Translations under genes and position numbers: made by a program
Notes under the pieces: generated by a model
What the model saw: only the letters and a program-made list of their open reading frames with translations
The model's database searches: none
What the model was told of the DNA's origin: nothing
IMG/VR virus record: IMGVR_UViG_3300017971_000064
Length of the DNA stretch: 53,457 bases
From: a virus
Reading direction: 5' to 3' (one strand)
Part shown: piece after piece, positions 6,817 to 15,744 of the stretch
Numbering within the stretch: position 1 is the first letter of the stretch
How the letters are laid out: every line of letters starts with the position of its first letter

Positions 6817-9101
6817 AAAGTTATCGAGTACTCTCTGAGCTGTCCGAATTATCGGAGTTAGAGACTTATTTGAAATCTTGTGAGTATGTGGCTTTTGATA
6901 CAGAGACTACGGGGCTGAATCCTCGTAAAGATAAGGTAATTGGTTTTTCGGTTACTGGGATTGAGGGTACCGGATACTATGTTCCTTTTTATAATTTTAA
7001 TGTAGATAGTGCAGAGTTAGAGTCTTTAGAGTTTTTAGACTCTTGCCAAACAGTTTTTGAGCTTTTATTGACTAAAAAATTGATCATGCATAACGCTTCT
7101 TTCGATTGTCGAATGATGCGTGCTAATTTTAACTTGAATTTAATCCCGGCATTGTATTGCGATACTATTGTTCTTAAGCACACTGTCGATGAAGATATGC
7201 CTTTTGGGCTTAAAGATATTGCTAAGAGAATCCAAAATGAGATTGGTTTAGATGTTACTAAGGCTGCTAATGAGGAGCAGGTGGCGATGGTGGCGTCTAT
7301 AAAACAAAATGGTGGATCTATTACTAAGGATAAGTATGAGCTCTATAAAGCAGACCTTAAGTTAATCGGCGAATATGCTTGTGCAGATACTGATTTAACT
7401 TTAAGAATTTTTAATTATTATTCTACTATTTTAAAGAGAGAGGGTTTAGAGAGATTCTTTTATAAGGATGAGGTAATGCCTTTGCTTAAGGAAGTTACGA
7501 TTCCTATGGAGGAGCGCGGTGTTCCTGTTGACGTATCTGCTTTGCAGTGTGCGCAAGAAGAAATTATTTTAGATATTGCTAAGCTAGAAAAAAATATATT
7601 GGATAAGATTTCTCCCTATTTACCAGATTTTGAACGCTGGTATCTTGGGAAGAATTACCCTCCTAGAAGGTCAGGCGAGTTTGCTCAGAAATTAGCTGAG
7701 TATGCTCGCCTTCCTTTGCCCAAGACCAAGAGTGGACGATTAAGTTTATCTAAGTCTGCTTTAGAGTCTTGTCTTCCCAATAAGTATGCGGAGTATCTAT
7801 TGGGCGGGGAGTACTTGGATGACCACGAGGTTTTGGCTGTATCTAAACTGTGCTGGCAGGATTCGGGATCTCCAGCTATTATAAACCTATTATCTAAGCA
7901 TCATTTAAAACGTTTATTTTTTAAGATATTAAACGAGAAGTCGATTAATAAAACTCCTACAGGGCAGCCTCAGGCAGATACTGTTTTTTTAGAATCTGTT
8001 AGGAGTAAATATGATTTTGTACCTTTACTTATGGATTTTAATAAGTTAAATAAGCTAAAATCTGCTTATATAGATCGTTTTTTGTCTGAGCAGGATTCTG
8101 GTATATTTTATCCTAGGTTTCAGCAACATAGAACGGTTTCTGGGCGCTATGGCGGTGACTTAATGCAATTGCCTAGACCTTTAGAGCCCGGGCAAGCTTC
8201 TGAAGTAGTTACTAAGTATACTAATATGATTAGAAAATTTTTTATTTCTGGCTCAGGTTATAAATTTATTGATGCTGATTATGAGTCTTTAGAGCCTCAT
8301 GTTTTTGCGCATGTTAGCGGGGATGAGGGTCTTAAGGATATTTTTAGATCAGGAAAAGATTTTTATTCGTCTATTGCGATTGCTACTGAAAATTTAAATG
8401 GAGTTAGTGCAGATAAGAAGTCCGATAATTATTTAGGTAAGGTTGACAAACCTCTGCGTCAAAAGGCAAAAGCTTATTGTCTTGGGGTACCTTATGGGCT
8501 AGAGGCATTTAAGCTTTCTACTATGTTGAATAATAGTCCTGAGGAGTGTGAGGAACTCATTGATAATTACTTGTCTGCTTATCCTAAACTTAAGTCTTGG
8601 ATGGAAGTAAGTAATGAGCAATGTAAGAAATTTGGCACTGTTCGGTCTGAGGCTGGGCGAGTTCGTCACATGAAAAAGGCTGCTGCTTTTTACCATCAAG
8701 ACCGAGGTATTTATGCTCTTTTTGATAGTAAGGGTAATCTTTACGATGCGCTAACTTTGTGGAAAAAGCACCATAAAAATGAATCTAGTTATAAAAATAT
8801 GAAGTGGAAGCGGAAGCAGATGAAGAACTATCTTAATAATGCTAAAAACTTCCAAATTCAAAGTTTAGCAGCATCTATTACCAATAGAGCTTGTATCGCT
8901 ATTTCTAGAGAATTACGTAGGCAGGGAATAGATGGATATGTTTGCTGTCAGATTCATGATCAAATTATTGTTAGGCTTCCTGAGCAAGAGTCGGTACGGT
9001 TCTCGAAGACAATGCAGTACCTTATGGAGAATGTCTATAAAATTTCTTTACCGCTCTCGGCTCCTGCTCAAATAGCTTCTGACTTTTACGAGGGGCATTA
9101 A
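6813..9101 (+). CDS. Family A DNA polymerase with 3'-5' proofreading exonuclease domain
   Basis: Exo motifs VAFDTETTGL, HNASFDCRMM and YACADTDL. Pol motif A DADYESLEPHV, motif B RQKAKAYCLGVPYG and motif C CCQIHDQIIV. Confidence 0.92.
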   Translation: MKSYRVLSELSELSELETYLKSCEYVAFDTETTGLNPRKDKVIGFSVTGIEGTGYYVPFYNFNVDSAELESLEFLDSCQTVFELLLTKKLIMHNASFDCRMMRANFNLNLIPALYCDTIVLKHTVDEDMPFGLKDIAKRIQNEIGLDVTKAANEEQVAMVASIKQNGGSITKDKYELYKADLKLIGEYACADTDLTLRIFNYYSTILKREGLERFFYKDEVMPLLKEVTIPMEERGVPVDVSALQCAQEEIILDIAKLEKNILDKISPYLPDFERWYLGKNYPPRRSGEFAQKLAEYARLPLPKTKSGRLSLSKSALESCLPNKYAEYLLGGEYLDDHEVLAVSKLCWQDSGSPAIINLLSKHHLKRLFFKILNEKSINKTPTGQPQADTVFLESVRSKYDFVPLLMDFNKLNKLKSAYIDRFLSEQDSGIFYPRFQQHRTVSGRYGGDLMQLPRPLEPGQASEVVTKYTNMIRKFFISGSGYKFIDADYESLEPHVFAHVSGDEGLKDIFRSGKDFYSSIAIATENLNGVSADKKSDNYLGKVDKPLRQKAKAYCLGVPYGLEAFKLSTMLNNSPEECEELIDNYLSAYPKLKSWMEVSNEQCKKFGTVRSEAGRVRHMKKAAAFYHQDRGIYALFDSKGNLYDALTLWKKHHKNESSYKNMKWKRKQMKNYLNNAKNFQIQSLAASITNRACIAISRELRRQGIDGYVCCQIHDQIIVRLPEQESVRFSKTMQYLMENVYKISLPLSAPAQIASDFYEGH

Positions 9102-9102
9102 T

Positions 9103-9486
9103 ATGTGGACAAAAATGTCAGACTATGAGATAATGAGTGAATATGGAGATATTTATATGGGTAAGACTAAAAAAGCGCATCCTCTAGATCGAAACGATTT
9201 GGTTAGAGTGAAGAAATCTAACGAGCGTGCTCGTATTGCGGAGTACCACGGTACTAATAAGTGGGGTCTTTGTGAGTATTATATAGAGCATTGTGTTCCG
9301 TCTATTCCTGGAACTTATGTTGAGGAGCATGAGATTGAGGTTTTGGAGTTTATCGAGGTTGCTGAGAAGATTGCTTGTCCCGCAGAGTCGGTAACTCCCC
9401 CGTGCCATCATCCTGATAAGTATCTTAATGTATTATCTGCAAATTTAAAGTTTTGGGTTTGCCCTGATTGTAAAAAGGAACTATGA
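9103..9486 (+). CDS. Hypothetical protein with C-terminal Cys/His zinc-binding-like motif
   Basis: CPAES...PPCHHP...CPDCKK near the C-terminus. Starts 2 nt after the polymerase stop. Confidence 0.55.
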   Translation: MWTKMSDYEIMSEYGDIYMGKTKKAHPLDRNDLVRVKKSNERARIAEYHGTNKWGLCEYYIEHCVPSIPGTYVEEHEIEVLEFIEVAEKIACPAESVTPPCHHPDKYLNVLSANLKFWVCPDCKKEL

Positions 9487-9695
9487 TAAATTATATTGTT
9501 AAACTGATTGTGAAATATTTTAAAGAAGCTATTCAAAATTTCATGAAGGCTTCGGAGTTAAAAAAACTTAGGCAAGATTCTAAGCAAAAAAAGAAGGTAT
9601 CGGATGAAGAAGTTAAAAGCGCTGAGCGTGATTATGATGATTTTATGGACTTGTATGAGTCCTATAGGCGCCAAGGACGACAGGACAAGGACTAG
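9483..9695 (+). CDS. Hypothetical charged protein (70 aa)
   Basis: ATGA overlap with the previous stop. Lys/Glu/Asp-rich. Its 3' part overlaps the next ORF in another frame. Confidence 0.45.
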   Translation: MINYIVKLIVKYFKEAIQNFMKASELKKLRQDSKQKKKVSDEEVKSAERDYDDFMDLYESYRRQGRQDKD

Positions 9696-9909
9696 TTTAG
9701 TTTCTTGCGATACTGTTTTAAAGAAATGTGCTAAAACTGTGCAATCTCAAAAATCGGCAATTGAGTCTCAAAAAAAGACGATAGAATCTTTCGAAAAATC
9801 TGAGGGCAAGCATGCGAAGGAGGTCGCCAGGCTTCACCGTAAAAATAATGTAGTTTCTGCTGTAGGGGTTGTCGTTAATGTAGTTCTTCTATTAATTATG
9901 GTACTGTAA
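9604..9909 (+). CDS. Bitopic envelope protein: N-terminal signal or anchor, coiled-coil middle, C-terminal TM; unimolecular-spanin-like architecture
   Basis: MKKLKALSVIMMILWTC at the N-terminus, VVSAVGVVVNVVLLLIMVL at the C-terminus. No in-frame start exists downstream of 9655, so it must overlap 9483..9695. TAATG coupling to the next gene. Confidence 0.45.
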   Translation: MKKLKALSVIMMILWTCMSPIGAKDDRTRTSLVSCDTVLKKCAKTVQSQKSAIESQKKTIESFEKSEGKHAKEVARLHRKNNVVSAVGVVVNVVLLLIMVL

Positions 9910-10187
9910 TGAACTTATCTCCTGAACTTAGTTTTATTCTTGGATTTATTGTCGGGGCTGGTGTAGTTGGTAGCAGTGTGCAGCGTACTATTAGTGTATC
10001 GAAGGGCAGGCTACTTAGTACCTTCTTTTCATCTAACTTAAACTCTTTGTTTTATTTTTTCTCAATTACATTTGTGGCTAAAGAGAATTTTGTTGCCTAT
10101 CTTGGTACTTGTGTTGGCAGTTGGGCTATATGTCAGTATTTAGCTTTTTCTGCTAAGAAGAATTTGGAAAAATACGATGTTAAATGA
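9909..10187 (+). CDS. Three-TM small membrane protein (92 aa), holin-like topology
   Basis: Hydrophobic segments LSFILGFIVGAGVVGSSV, LFYFFSITFVA and YLGTCVGSWAICQYLAF. Confidence 0.45.
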   Translation: MNLSPELSFILGFIVGAGVVGSSVQRTISVSKGRLLSTFFSSNLNSLFYFFSITFVAKENFVAYLGTCVGSWAICQYLAFSAKKNLEKYDVK

Positions 10188-10908
10188 TCGGTGGTTTGAT
10201 GTTGACGGTATCATGAGCCCTGGTGGAGAGAATGGGTTTTTGTTTACTTCTCAGTTTATTTTACTTTCTGATGGCGAGTACTGTAGTGATATTTCTAGTA
10301 GAGCCTTATCTAAGATTAGCATTGGGCTAGGCGAGTTTGGCTTAGACCCTTTAGAACCTTGGAGTCACGATAATCATACGGGGTTAGTTTGTTTTTCTAA
10401 AGTTCTAAACTTAGATATCCATAGAAAAATATACCTTAAGCATTGGTATGCTATGTTACACCCGAAAGATTTTATTTTTCATATGTGGGCTGCAGGCGGT
10501 TGGCGAGCCGCTTTAGTTTTCCCCTTTTTGTGGATTTTAAGTATTTCTATGATTTTAACTTGTGCTCAGGATTTTAAAATAAGACCTACTTTTAGAGAAA
10601 GACTGAAACTTAGATGGTTTTTTGGCAAGAAAGTGCGGAGCGAGCGTATAAATGATACTCTTACTTTAGATTATTATATTAAAAATTCTGGGCAAGAATA
10701 TGTTTTGAGACGGTTTTTGAAGACTGATGGTAAGATTTTAGCTTGGATGCGGCTTAAGGCTTTTAGAATGCCGATTACATCTTTTTTTTGTAATTTAGCT
10801 ATTAGTAAAAATAAAGAGTTTGGAACTTGGAAGCGATGTTTTGAATTATACTTTAAGCATCCTTCACATCCTAATAGAAGCTTCCCCGATTCTAATTATG
10901 AGGTTTAA
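10177..10908 (+). CDS. Hypothetical membrane-associated protein (243 aa)
   Basis: Central hydrophobic stretch WRAALVFPFLWILSISMILTC. No catalytic motif recognised. Confidence 0.5.
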   Translation: MLNDRWFDVDGIMSPGGENGFLFTSQFILLSDGEYCSDISSRALSKISIGLGEFGLDPLEPWSHDNHTGLVCFSKVLNLDIHRKIYLKHWYAMLHPKDFIFHMWAAGGWRAALVFPFLWILSISMILTCAQDFKIRPTFRERLKLRWFFGKKVRSERINDTLTLDYYIKNSGQEYVLRRFLKTDGKILAWMRLKAFRMPITSFFCNLAISKNKEFGTWKRCFELYFKHPSHPNRSFPDSNYEV

Positions 10909-11460
10909 ATGAGAGATACTATTAAAATATCTAACTATTACTTTGATAAGTGTAAGAAATTTGCTGAAAGTCAATTATCTACAAGTGCTGACTTATACTT
11001 TTATAGAGGTGAGCGCAATAAGGCAAAGATGTTTGAGGACATCGTTGTTGGAAAAATGGCGGAGATTGCATCTTATAAATATCTTAAAGGGTTAGGGTAC
11101 GAAGTTAAAAAGCCCGATTTTACAATTTACGAGCGAAGAAATAAATCGTTTGATGCGGATCTGTCTACTAAGTGTGGGTTATCTTTTCATGTTAAGTCTC
11201 AGCATACTAAGAGTGTGTTTAGATATGGACATTCTTGGCTTTTGCAAAAAAGCGATAAGCTCGTTAAGGAGCCTTCTAAGCAGGAATTTTTTATTTTTAC
11301 TCAAGTTCGTTCATACTATGTGGATATTTTAGGCATTGCTAGAGCTACAGACGTAGTTCCTCATCTGCAGGATCCTGTGGTTCCCAGGTATAGGTCTACG
11401 AAAAAGGCTTTGTATCTAGATTATTTGAAGGAAAAAAGAATTAATTTAAAGAGATTTTAA
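10909..11460 (+). CDS. Putative PD-(D/E)XK-like nuclease (183 aa)
   Basis: GKMAEIA...FDADL-x11-HVKSQ resembles an E...D...(D/E/H)xK restriction-endonuclease-like core. Last gene of the plus arm. Confidence 0.35.
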   Translation: MRDTIKISNYYFDKCKKFAESQLSTSADLYFYRGERNKAKMFEDIVVGKMAEIASYKYLKGLGYEVKKPDFTIYERRNKSFDADLSTKCGLSFHVKSQHTKSVFRYGHSWLLQKSDKLVKEPSKQEFFIFTQVRSYYVDILGIARATDVVPHLQDPVVPRYRSTKKALYLDYLKEKRINLKRF

Positions 11461-11910
11461 GTCTATAATTTCTATGGTCGCTTCTATATAGAAATCGTCC
11501 GTTTTGGATACTGTTTTTTTAGAGGTCATCTGTCCTATGTACCGATCATCCATCTCTAAGTTTTCGCACCCATATGGGGGTTTTTTTTGTATATGTTTGG
11601 GTAGGAATATTAAGTCAATTAGAGGTTTTTCCCAGTTTGATAAGTCTATAGATCTTGCTGAGAGCTGTCCTTTAGCGGTTATTATTTGTTTTTCGGGATA
11701 AAATGCGGTCAGCTCTACTCTATAGAAATTATTGAATGGATTGAAATTTTTTTTTAGAGCGAGTAGTTTTCTGTGATTGTCTTCTAGGGATAGATAGTGA
11801 AATACTTTATGGGACCACTCCCGGGCTTCTTTAGTTTTTCCAAAATTTTTACCGTAGTACATGGCGTTTATTGAAAAAGGACGTATTGGGATAGTTAGAG
11901 TTTCTTTCAT
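11446..11910 (-). CDS. RusA-like Holliday junction resolvase
   Basis: IPIRPFSINAMYY aligns by eye with RusA LPWPPSNNRYY. SIDLSNWEKPLIDLI matches the RusA DLDNLxKxxxDAL motif and DDRYI the downstream acidic motif. Confidence 0.55.
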   Translation of the reverse strand: MKETLTIPIRPFSINAMYYGKNFGKTKEAREWSHKVFHYLSLEDNHRKLLALKKNFNPFNNFYRVELTAFYPEKQIITAKGQLSARSIDLSNWEKPLIDLIFLPKHIQKKPPYGCENLEMDDRYIGQMTSKKTVSKTDDFYIEATIEIIDLKSL

Positions 11911-11923
11911 GATGTGGGGAGAG

Positions 11924-11947
11924 AAGGGAGGTTTAGACCCCTCCCTT
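11924..11947. other. Perfect 8-bp stem-loop (AAGGGAGG / CCTCCCTT, 8-nt loop) between the lysis-like genes and the resolvase gene
   Basis: Read directly from the sequence. No flanking U-run on either strand, so not a classical terminator. Confidence 0.4.
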
Positions 11948-11973
11948 GAGAATTATACCTCTCTCCTGGAAGG

Positions 11974-12162
11974 TTATTTAGCCTCTTCTTCAGAGACTTT
12001 TAAAGCTTTTTTAACTTTTGCAACTAGTTCGTCGTCGAGTTTGTTGTCAGTTCTTTCTACTAATTTTTCTAATAAAAATATAATGATTTCTTTTAGAAAT
12101 GCTTCCGTTAGTAGTGCTGAGAGTAGGGCTTTTCCTACAGATTTTAAAATTTCAAGTACCAT
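11974..12162 (-). CDS. Small amphipathic or membrane-active protein (62 aa), holin-like candidate
   Basis: GGGAGG RBS upstream. Hydrophobic or amphipathic N-half, then a charged tail with TDNKLDDELV. Sits at the distal end of the late operon next to an amidase-like gene. Confidence 0.4.
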   Translation of the reverse strand: MVLEILKSVGKALLSALLTEAFLKEIIIFLLEKLVERTDNKLDDELVAKVKKALKVSEEEAK

Positions 12163-12202
12163 AATAACCTCCCTATGGTTTCTACTTATGTTTTTTTGTT
12201 TT

Positions 12203-12502
12203 CTAACAGTCCCATTTTCTTAAAGCTTTGTTTATTCGACTATTTGGATCTCTAGCAGTTTCTGCACTTGTTAGCCTTTTTTTCATTCCTTTCATTCGTG
12301 CGCAAAAGGATTTTCTTCTTTTTGCTTTTGCTTTAGATTTTAAGGCTGCTTTTGCGGATACTGGTGGTTTTAGATTACTTCCGGTACTTTTGTTATAGGC
12401 ATTCCGTCCTTTTTGAGTTAGCCCTCCTGTATCGGCTTTGTGTTCTTTTTTCCATTTAAAGTATTTTTGTTTAAGTACTGATTTATAGGACTTAGAGCTC
12501 AT
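12203..12502 (-). CDS. Conserved-looking basic protein (99 aa)
   Basis: GGLTQKGRNAYN...LKPPV...RRKSFCARMKGM...DPNSRINKALRKWDC. I recall similar motifs in a viral DUF family but cannot verify this. Confidence 0.5.
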   Translation of the reverse strand: MSSKSYKSVLKQKYFKWKKEHKADTGGLTQKGRNAYNKSTGSNLKPPVSAKAALKSKAKAKRRKSFCARMKGMKKRLTSAETARDPNSRINKALRKWDC

Positions 12503-13019
12503 TTTTATAGCCTTTTTTAATTAAAATATCTTCTATATGATGCGGCTTTATTGTGTCCGGATTGTAGTTTAGTTCTAGAAACAATTTTTTTAAAACTTTT
12601 TCATATACAATTTCAGAGCAGTTTTTTCCTTTTTTCCAAGGATTTTTTAGCTTATTTCCTGTAAAAAAACTTACTATGTCTAGTATAACTATTCCAAGAT
12701 TTTGCATCAGAGCGTATGAATTTCCTGCTTCTTGGTAGCATGCTTTTTTTACTTCTATGTCTAGCTCTTTTGGTACATGTATTATATACTTTTTTACTAT
12801 TTTATGTTTTTTAAGAAAAAATTTTTCGTACTCGTAATTAACTTTTCCTTCATTTGCTTGGTAGTATCTTTTCCCCCAATCTCGAATTTCCACTGCATGA
12901 GCTACGTGACTATAAGGTTTTTGAGTCCACAGTCTAATTGCCCAGCTTCCTATTGGCATAAATAGTTTAGATTTAGTAAACACAATTTCAATAGATTTCC
13001 AATTTTTTAAAGATTTCAT
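12492..13019 (-). CDS. Putative permuted papain-like (NlpC/P60-superfamily, YiiX/C92-like) amidase; endolysin candidate
   Basis: His-first, Cys-second order: KPYSHVAHAV early and KGKNCSEIVYEKV late. Located at the end of the late operon. Confidence 0.4.
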   Translation of the reverse strand: MKSLKNWKSIEIVFTKSKLFMPIGSWAIRLWTQKPYSHVAHAVEIRDWGKRYYQANEGKVNYEYEKFFLKKHKIVKKYIIHVPKELDIEVKKACYQEAGNSYALMQNLGIVILDIVSFFTGNKLKNPWKKGKNCSEIVYEKVLKKLFLELNYNPDTIKPHHIEDILIKKGYKNEL

Positions 13020-13777
13020 GCTCGAAAGTATTCTACTACTACCATTAGTTTATGCTGAAACCCTACTGGATGTCGGAGTATGTATTGTAGTTTATTCGTG
13101 GGAGTGGGTACGCCTTCTGTTGTTAAATTTAATCTTGCTGAGGCTCGCCCGTCTGTTTCTAACTGATCTCCTTCTGGCAAAAGTTTTAGATTTATGCCTC
13201 CGATAAATTCTGTAACCGTTCCTGGAAGATGTTTTAAATCGGTTGCTCCGGCTATTACCCAAATTCTTAGATCTTGCGTAGGCGGAGTTGATTGGTGAAC
13301 ATTTCCTCCTATAATGTCGTAATCATATGAAGGTGCTATGGTAAGTACCGTTTCTACACAGTTTAGATTCAATTCTAGCTGAGTTCCTGCTACTAGTTCT
13401 GTTCCATTTGAATCAAAAAATTGTAACGTACATCCTGGGCGAGTAGTGCCGATGTAGTCTTCGCAAAAAAGACTATTTAGTGTGCTTGTTTCGACTTCTA
13501 CAGGGTGCGCTAAATATCTCCATCCTTTGTATGTAGTTGCCGATTTTGTAACTTGCCTTCCGTCACTATCTATTTCTGTTAAATTTTTATTGGCAGAGGG
13601 CAGGTAATTTGTTTCAAAATCTGTTGCGTCTTCTATTTCTAATTTACAGAAGAAACTCAGGTTTCCATCAAAAGCATATATATGGTACTGATTTCCTTTA
13701 GTAAAATATTGAATGGATAGTTTTTTAGAGTCGACTATCCCTTTAATTTCTGTCCAAGTTAGTTCTATTCTTTCCAT
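13016..13777 (-). CDS. Virion or fibre-associated structural protein (253 aa)
   Basis: Last member of the fibre gene block. Beta-rich composition. No enzymatic motif. Confidence 0.45.
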   Translation of the reverse strand: MERIELTWTEIKGIVDSKKLSIQYFTKGNQYHIYAFDGNLSFFCKLEIEDATDFETNYLPSANKNLTEIDSDGRQVTKSATTYKGWRYLAHPVEVETSTLNSLFCEDYIGTTRPGCTLQFFDSNGTELVAGTQLELNLNCVETVLTIAPSYDYDIIGGNVHQSTPPTQDLRIWVIAGATDLKHLPGTVTEFIGGINLKLLPEGDQLETDGRASARLNLTTEGVPTPTNKLQYILRHPVGFQHKLMVVVEYFRA

Positions 13778-13780
13778 CTA

Positions 13781-14458
13781 TTAACCTTTTGAAATATATA
13801 TTAAGTAACCTTCCACATCTCTGGATGAGGAGTTGGAATTAGCTTTGCTTAGAAGTTTGATAGAAGTGGAGTATGGGATCGGGGCAGGCGGGTTGAAAAC
13901 AAGCACATTCTTATTGGAGTCAAAGCTTAGTGGAAGACGAGCTGAGGCAGCTATTTTTCCAGCATTTCCCGAAAATATTCTGTCTAAGTCATCGCAATCA
14001 ATATCTAGAATATCTGTTCCATCTATTTCTATTTTTTGAAAAATATTGTCTGAGTTATATTTTATTACTGCTCCATAAAATTTTCCTGCACCTGTATAAT
14101 TATATATTTCTGTAAAATTTCCTGTTTGTGGATTTAATGATTGATTAGAAAAATTGGCTTCTACTGTGAATGTATTTTCAATAGAGGTGGTAGGTAGTGA
14201 GGATGCGGATTCTATAGTTACCTTACTTATTCCTGATCTTAGATAGTTTATTTGATCTGCTACTGTACTAAAATATTCTGTCCCATTTCCAACTCTTAAG
14301 GTTCCATCTGATATTCTGGTTAAAATAGAACTGTCTTCTGAGGCTCTAATTCTTCTATTATGAGGGATTATGTACGTTTCATTCTGTGCTAGTATTACCC
14401 CAAGAACGGACTCTTCTGTTGTATTTATATTTTGAATTACGCATGTGTTAAATGACAT
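13781..14458 (-). CDS. Fibre or receptor-binding-like structural protein (225 aa)
   Basis: Ser/Thr/Asn-rich, beta-type sequence inside the fibre block. Confidence 0.45.
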   Translation of the reverse strand: MSFNTCVIQNINTTEESVLGVILAQNETYIIPHNRRIRASEDSSILTRISDGTLRVGNGTEYFSTVADQINYLRSGISKVTIESASSLPTTSIENTFTVEANFSNQSLNPQTGNFTEIYNYTGAGKFYGAVIKYNSDNIFQKIEIDGTDILDIDCDDLDRIFSGNAGKIAASARLPLSFDSNKNVLVFNPPAPIPYSTSIKLLSKANSNSSSRDVEGYLIYISKG

Positions 14459-14467
14459 TTAGTACTC

Positions 14468-15157
14468 CTAAGGAACTGCTCTAAAGATTAAAACTATCCC
14501 GGCATCTGCTGCGTTAGTTCCATCATCTATATATTTGATAAAAATTGTATCTCCTTGATTAAAGGACTCGTTTATGCCCGTTTCTACAAAAGTTTGCGTA
14601 TTTGTCTTAGAAACAGTGTTAAATACTATTGCCGTTGTAGAGTTTTTTCTTAATTCTATAGTATAATCTGCGGTAGACCTAGAGTTAGAAAAAGTATATT
14701 CTTCCATTACACAGTCTATTGGGATAACTATGGGAGTAACGTCGCCTGGTAACAGGTTAGAGTATCCTATAAATTCATTATTTGATAAAGTTCCATTATA
14801 GACTAAGGGTATAGAGAATCTTGGAGTATTTAGAGCTGTGGAGACTCCTGCTCCGATTGCTTCTTGTACAGTATTTTCTGATATTTCGGTAGTAGGGGTA
14901 AACACAATGTTTGTCGCAGAGTCTGGATATTTTAAAAATGCTATAGCTTCCGATGCAGGAGATAGATCGTTAGTTCCGTCATTTGCTACTACATCTCCAG
15001 AATTTATTAAGGTAGTTAATTCTAAAATAACGTCGTCTGTAGATAGAAGTAAATACTTTTGAAATGGAACTTCATACTGACCAGATGCCGGTATTTCAAC
15101 AGCTAACTCATCTAATGTTATTATAGATCCTGTTGTGTTTTTTAGTATTTTAGCCAT
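14468..15157 (-). CDS. Fibre or receptor-binding-like structural protein (229 aa)
   Basis: Same composition and context as its neighbours. Coupled to the upstream gene. Confidence 0.45.
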   Translation of the reverse strand: MAKILKNTTGSIITLDELAVEIPASGQYEVPFQKYLLLSTDDVILELTTLINSGDVVANDGTNDLSPASEAIAFLKYPDSATNIVFTPTTEISENTVQEAIGAGVSTALNTPRFSIPLVYNGTLSNNEFIGYSNLLPGDVTPIVIPIDCVMEEYTFSNSRSTADYTIELRKNSTTAIVFNTVSKTNTQTFVETGINESFNQGDTIFIKYIDDGTNAADAGIVLIFRAVP

Positions 15158-15744
15158 TAGATAACGTCCCCCCCTAGAATGCAGGTGATAACTCCATTTT
15201 TTACTGATCCTGAACTAACTTTAGCAGCTAATTCTTTACCTTGTGTTAGGGAAATGGGAGATAATAATACTGTTGTAGTTCCTCTAGCAGCAGTTACAGA
15301 TACTGTTGTAATTAAAGTAAATGTGGTGCCATCATGTTCATATACTTCAATACTATATGTATTTGGGTCTGTTTCGTTGTAGACTGCTACTGCCGTAAGT
15401 TCTGGATTATTTTGAAGTATTGGAATTCCTGTTCGATTCGAAGGTACCCCGGAGCCTACGTCTGCCCATGAGCCTGAAGGATTGTTCCCGGGTAGAGTAA
15501 GGAGAAACCCGGGGGAAGCAGATGATACTAGTTCTTGAAGAGATACTTCTGTAGTTACGTCTGTATCTTTAAACTTCATAACTCCGGAATCTCCCTGAAT
15601 GGTAGTATTGTCGGAGTTTTCAAATGCAATGCCTTTTGAAGCAACGTAATCTTCTGTCGGATCTGCCTCTTTGGGCATCATGTCCAAGTCACTGCCACTT
15701 GTTGTATCTTCAATTTTAAGAGGCTTTACTTTGTCGATAGGCAT
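15157..15744 (-). CDS. Fibre-like structural protein (195 aa)
   Basis: The N-terminus KPLKIEDTTSGSDLDMMPKEADPTEDY looks like a fibre attachment region, followed by a Thr/Ser-rich beta domain. Confidence 0.45.
   Translation of the reverse strand: MPIDKVKPLKIEDTTSGSDLDMMPKEADPTEDYVASKGIAFENSDNTTIQGDSGVMKFKDTDVTTEVSLQELVSSASPGFLLTLPGNNPSGSWADVGSGVPSNRTGIPILQNNPELTAVAVYNETDPNTYSIEVYEHDGTTFTLITTVSVTAARGTTTVLLSPISLTQGKELAAKVSSGSVKNGVITCILGGDVI

Noticed and set aside
11504-12223. Plus-strand ORFs 11504..11701 and 11861..12223
   Set aside because: They are antisense to the RusA-like gene and to the small RBS-bearing gene 11974..12162, and they lie beyond the point where the plus-strand operon ends.
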